Shown here: piece by piece, positions 60,601 to 64,000 of the stretch
How the letters are laid out: every line of letters starts with the position of its first letter
Numbering within the stretch: the first letter of the stretch is position 1
Source: Oligoflexia bacterium
GTDB lineage: Bacteria; Bdellovibrionota; UBA1018
Assembly (NCBI GenBank): GCA_903895855.1
Contig: CAITVN010000089.1
Location: 12,757 to 76,756, forward strand
Direction: 5' to 3'
DNA length: 64,000 nucleotides
Translations under genes and position numbers: made by a program
The notes under the pieces: model-generated
What the model was told of the DNA's origin: nothing
The model's input: only the letters and a program-made list of their open reading frames with translations
The model's database searches: none

Positions 60601-61155
60601 GTGTCGAAAATTGAAGTTCTTGGTTTCTTAAGGGCAGTAAATGTCGGCGCTAAAAATCGCATCAAGATGAGTGAGTTGGTTCGAGTCTTATCAAAAATCG
60701 GACTGACCGACCTTCGCACTCACATCCAGTCAGGTAACTTACTTTTTACTGCCGAAGAAGCTGATCATTGGCAAAGTGCCATTGAAAGCAAAATCACGAC
60801 CGAAATAAAAAAGACCCTCAAACTTGACGTGACTGCCATGGTGCGTGAGCGAAAATCCGTCGAGAAATTACTCAAAAACCCCAACTATCAAAGTGAAGCC
60901 AAGAAAGATCCTACAAAGGCATTCATTGGGTTTTTGAAAATTGAACCGGCCAAAAATTTGATTGATGCCCTGATGCAAAAGCAAAATGCATCGGCGCATT
61001 TTTCTGTTGTGGGTGATAGTATTTTTCTTTTTTGTCCAGGTGGCATGGGTAAGGCGAAGCTTCCGGCTTTTGAAAAGGTTCTTGAAACCACCGTGACTTT
61101 TCGAAATGTTAAAGTCGTAAGGCAGCTCATTGAGTTGTCGTATTTCATGCCATGA
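60601..61155 (+). CDS. DUF1697 family protein
   Basis: The N-terminus RAVNVGAKNRIKMSEL matches the DUF1697 signature. Confidence 0.65.
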   Translation: MSKIEVLGFLRAVNVGAKNRIKMSELVRVLSKIGLTDLRTHIQSGNLLFTAEEADHWQSAIESKITTEIKKTLKLDVTAMVRERKSVEKLLKNPNYQSEAKKDPTKAFIGFLKIEPAKNLIDALMQKQNASAHFSVVGDSIFLFCPGGMGKAKLPAFEKVLETTVTFRNVKVVRQLIELSYFMP

Positions 61156-61235
61156 TAATTCGAGTGTCTGTCGGGCAATCTCGTGGCAGCTAACACTGTG
61201 GTAAACTAAAGTTCGGTACGGTAACGATCAATCGA

Positions 61236-62732
61236 ATGAATATTTTAGCCTTCGAGGCTCCAAGAGTTGCTCGCTTCCTTATTGCAGCGCTCATGTTCTG
61301 TTTTGCTGCCTGTTCAAGTTTCGAGGCGTCGAAAGAGCACAGTGATTCAGCGAGCAATACACAGCGCGATTCATTGAGTAAGCAGACAGTTGTTCTTTTT
61401 CTTGTAGATGGGCTAAGTCAGTCGACTTTGAAAAACGCACTCGCTAACGGTCGTGTGAATGCTATTCGAGACTATTTTTTGTTAGAAAAAAATAGTTTTT
61501 CTCGCTTTTCTTTGGGCCGCGCAGTGTTTCCGACCGAGACGTATCCGAACCTCGCATCGATTCTTTCGGTCAGCACGTTTGAAGATCACTTGATTTCTGG
61601 CAATCAACTGATTCGAAATGGCAAAAAATTCGATTTTGAGTCGGTCACTGGGCACAATCTTTTTGAAAAATGGGTTGAGCCGCTGACCGTTTTTCATTCG
61701 CTCGAGAGCCGTTCAGAGCGTTCAGCTAGCTTTTCGTATGTCTTAGGGCAAAATGCGGAAACTCATAGCGAGGTCGGGCTGCAGATTGCTTTCGAATACA
61801 GCAGAAAAGAATACGTCGAACTTGATGATCGCCTCATCGATTCGCTTGATCGATTTTTGGCAGACCGAAGACCCGAAAATTGGCCGGCATTTATTTACGT
61901 GCACTTGGTGGGCGTTGATGGCTATTCTCATGAATTTGGCCCCGATTCGGCGATCGTGTCACAGTACCTCCAACGCCTCAGTCTTAAGTTGTCTTCAGTT
62001 CTCTCGCGCCTAAAAATGGCTGAATATGTTCAGGGCAAGCGTGTGGTTGCTCTGATGACCGCAGACCATGGTTTTGTGACCACTCAGAAGGTCGTTGAAC
62101 TCGAATCGATGATTCGTCGTTTTGACTCAAGAATCGAAGTGCTGAATGGTAGCCGAGTGATTTCTCTAATCTCTCCATCGTCGCCAAAAAAGCCTTCGCG
62201 AACTCAGACTCGGCGTCACATGATGGCTGCACTCAATTGGGCTGTTCAACAGCCGGGGGTTCAGATGGTGGCTTACCGAAGCGGTGAGCAGGTGGTTATC
62301 GCATCTGCTGAAAGGGTTCAGACGCTTTCTTACGGTCGGGCTCTGTGTGAGAATGACCGGTACTCGCTACAGGTGACGAGTCGCGGTTTTCGAGTGGCCC
62401 GCGATAGAGCGCCCCATTCAACCCTGCCGACTTATTTGAAACAATTTCGTTGTCCAAACGAGTTCGATCAGTCGCAATCAGAGTTTGATGCCCCCTTCTT
62501 GTACAGTAGCATCGCCACGTATTTTAGGTCGGCCACTGCAGCTGATGCGCTTATATTGGCGAAAGATCATTTCTCGTTTAATCAGAAGAGTATGGGCGCC
62601 CATGGGGGATTGACCCGCGAAGAAATGCTAGTGCCTATTCTACTGAGAAATGCCGAGATCGATGGGGCCCAGGCGCCGCCAAAAACTAGCGATTTGTTAA
62701 ATTTTCTTGTGGGTAGCAAGGCGGGCCACTAG
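61236..62732 (+). CDS. Alkaline-phosphatase superfamily lipoprotein (type I phosphodiesterase / nucleotide pyrophosphatase-like)
   Basis: LVDGLS and MTADHGF metal-ligand motifs. Lipobox. Confidence 0.7.
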   Translation: MNILAFEAPRVARFLIAALMFCFAACSSFEASKEHSDSASNTQRDSLSKQTVVLFLVDGLSQSTLKNALANGRVNAIRDYFLLEKNSFSRFSLGRAVFPTETYPNLASILSVSTFEDHLISGNQLIRNGKKFDFESVTGHNLFEKWVEPLTVFHSLESRSERSASFSYVLGQNAETHSEVGLQIAFEYSRKEYVELDDRLIDSLDRFLADRRPENWPAFIYVHLVGVDGYSHEFGPDSAIVSQYLQRLSLKLSSVLSRLKMAEYVQGKRVVALMTADHGFVTTQKVVELESMIRRFDSRIEVLNGSRVISLISPSSPKKPSRTQTRRHMMAALNWAVQQPGVQMVAYRSGEQVVIASAERVQTLSYGRALCENDRYSLQVTSRGFRVARDRAPHSTLPTYLKQFRCPNEFDQSQSEFDAPFLYSSIATYFRSATAADALILAKDHFSFNQKSMGAHGGLTREEMLVPILLRNAEIDGAQAPPKTSDLLNFLVGSKAGH

Positions 62733-62757
62733 GTGAACTGCGTGCCCCCACGAAGGC

Positions 62758-63993
62758 TCACTTCTCGCTTCTTTTTGGCATCACGTACATTTTATTGATA
62801 TCCAGGGTAGCCGCAAATGCGCTATTCCAGAGTTTGTCGTAGATCAGCTGAGAATTCTTAATGAGCTGAGTGATTGCTTCGTTCTTGGTTTGAACTTCAC
62901 TTCTAAAGATGAGGTCAATGTTTCTAGAAAAATAGAAGTAATCTTTGCTCCAGTTGCTCGTACCAATCCAAAGTGTTTGGCCGTCGACGATGCAGTACTT
63001 GCTGTGAATGACCCGCGCGTAAGGAATGAATTCATTCTTAGCTTGTGGAATGCTCACCATTTTGACTTGAATATTGGGAATCTGAGCGAGAGATTTGAGG
63101 TGAATTTGCTTCGAGTTTTCAGAAGTCCAATCTGAAACTAGAAGCTGAACCTGAACTCCGCGGCTTGCGGCTGCGCGAAGCCTCGTGTCTAGTTCATTCC
63201 AGTACTCGGTCTTGTTGTGAATTGGCGACAAGTAAAGCACTTGAATCGACAGAGACTTTTTGGCCGAGTCAATTAAAGAGGTGAGTGCCTCGATGCCACT
63301 TCGGGTACCAGGTGGAATAAAGCCCTCGGGGCTTGCGACCAATTCAATGGGCAGCTTTGAATAACGGGCGAGTTGAGTGGGGGTTCTGGGCGCGCTTTTC
63401 TTGGTCGGCCACTTGAATTTTTTGATGAGCTTTTTTGCGTCAATCAGAGTGGGTTTTTCTTTTTGAGCCAATTCCCAGTCAAAATCAAATATCGAACTCA
63501 GTTGTTTGGCGATGGCTTTATCGGTGACGATGGCTCCGAGTTCGTGAATGTGAGAAAGGGCGCGGTAGTCAAAATTCGCCGACCCCACATAGACTGTTTC
63601 TCGATCGAATACCCAAACTTTGGTGTGAACAATGCCACCCATGAGTTCACTCAAATCGAGAACTCGTAATTCGAGGCCTTTGAGTTGCTTCAGTCTCGCA
63701 AAAGTGACCTTATCTTCGTCGAGAAGTTCATTCGATAAAATGAGTCGAACTTTGACTTGACGTTTAATGGCGTTTTCGAGGGCCCCAAGCACAGGCTCGA
63801 GTGAGCTTTGGGGTTTCGACGCAACATAAAACTGTTCGATATCGATGGTTGATTTGGCCTTCTCAATCAATCGAATCCATTCGTCTGCGGTGGGTTCAAC
63901 GCCCTCAATTTTGAGGTCGGTTTGCTCAGGCGTGCTTAGTGTGAGTCGGGGATTGTCTGCAGCCAGCGAATGGGTGAGTGCGACGCCAGTCAT
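62758..63993 (-). CDS. Phospholipase D family protein with two HKD motifs
   Basis: HTKVWVFD...GSANFD and HSKYCIVD...GTSNWS. Confidence 0.8.
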   Translation of the reverse strand: MTGVALTHSLAADNPRLTLSTPEQTDLKIEGVEPTADEWIRLIEKAKSTIDIEQFYVASKPQSSLEPVLGALENAIKRQVKVRLILSNELLDEDKVTFARLKQLKGLELRVLDLSELMGGIVHTKVWVFDRETVYVGSANFDYRALSHIHELGAIVTDKAIAKQLSSIFDFDWELAQKEKPTLIDAKKLIKKFKWPTKKSAPRTPTQLARYSKLPIELVASPEGFIPPGTRSGIEALTSLIDSAKKSLSIQVLYLSPIHNKTEYWNELDTRLRAAASRGVQVQLLVSDWTSENSKQIHLKSLAQIPNIQVKMVSIPQAKNEFIPYARVIHSKYCIVDGQTLWIGTSNWSKDYFYFSRNIDLIFRSEVQTKNEAITQLIKNSQLIYDKLWNSAFAATLDINKMYVMPKRSEK

Positions 63994-64000
63994 TAGGGTG

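Noticed and set aside
60601-63993. DUF1697 + alkaline-phosphatase-family (PglZ-like fold) + PLD-family genes as a BREX/defence-like cluster
   Set aside because: The phosphatase-family protein is a lipoprotein with type-I phosphodiesterase metal motifs (secreted enzyme). The PLD has a phospholipase/cardiolipin-synthase-like N-terminus, and its gene is convergent rather than co-operonic. No methyltransferase, ATPase or other BREX/defence components are present.

Overview
The window is about 50% GC and looks like a chromosomal segment of a Gram-negative bacterium. The gene content (many secreted proteases and hydrolases, Met-rich lipoproteins) fits a Bdellovibrio-like predator; that is a low-confidence guess from gene content only. 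It is densely coding on both strands and is mostly housekeeping or accessory metabolism. Recognisable genes are the cell-elongation cluster mreC-mreD-mrdA(PBP2)-rodA, a GS-like/Fe-ADH/class-I amidotransferase trio resembling a gamma-glutamylation amine-catabolic pathway, SelO, FadH, a type-2 IleS, two TrmO paralogues, an ECF sigma/anti-sigma pair, transaldolase, a 5'-nucleotidase, a nitronate monooxygenase, tRNA-Ala(TGC), and several secreted peptidases (M20, two HExxH enzymes, an S1 protease). No integrase, transposase, CRISPR array or prophage was found. The candidates for something undescribed are: (1) a compact two-gene module with its own promoter and an operator-like palindrome, made of a minimal nucleotidyltransferase-fold protein plus a 243-aa unknown partner (13113-14432); (2) a DUF222-type HNH endonuclease gene flanked by a (GTGA)7 microsatellite and a 19-bp perfect direct repeat; (3) a radical SAM/SPASM enzyme adjacent to a rhomboid protease; (4) a 25-bp intergenic tandem-repeat array; (5) a lipoprotein built from about 24 methionine-based 11-residue repeats; (6) a tandem pair of NicO/RcnA-like half-size metal transporters. 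All functional calls rest on motifs read by eye from the supplied translations; no database search was possible.
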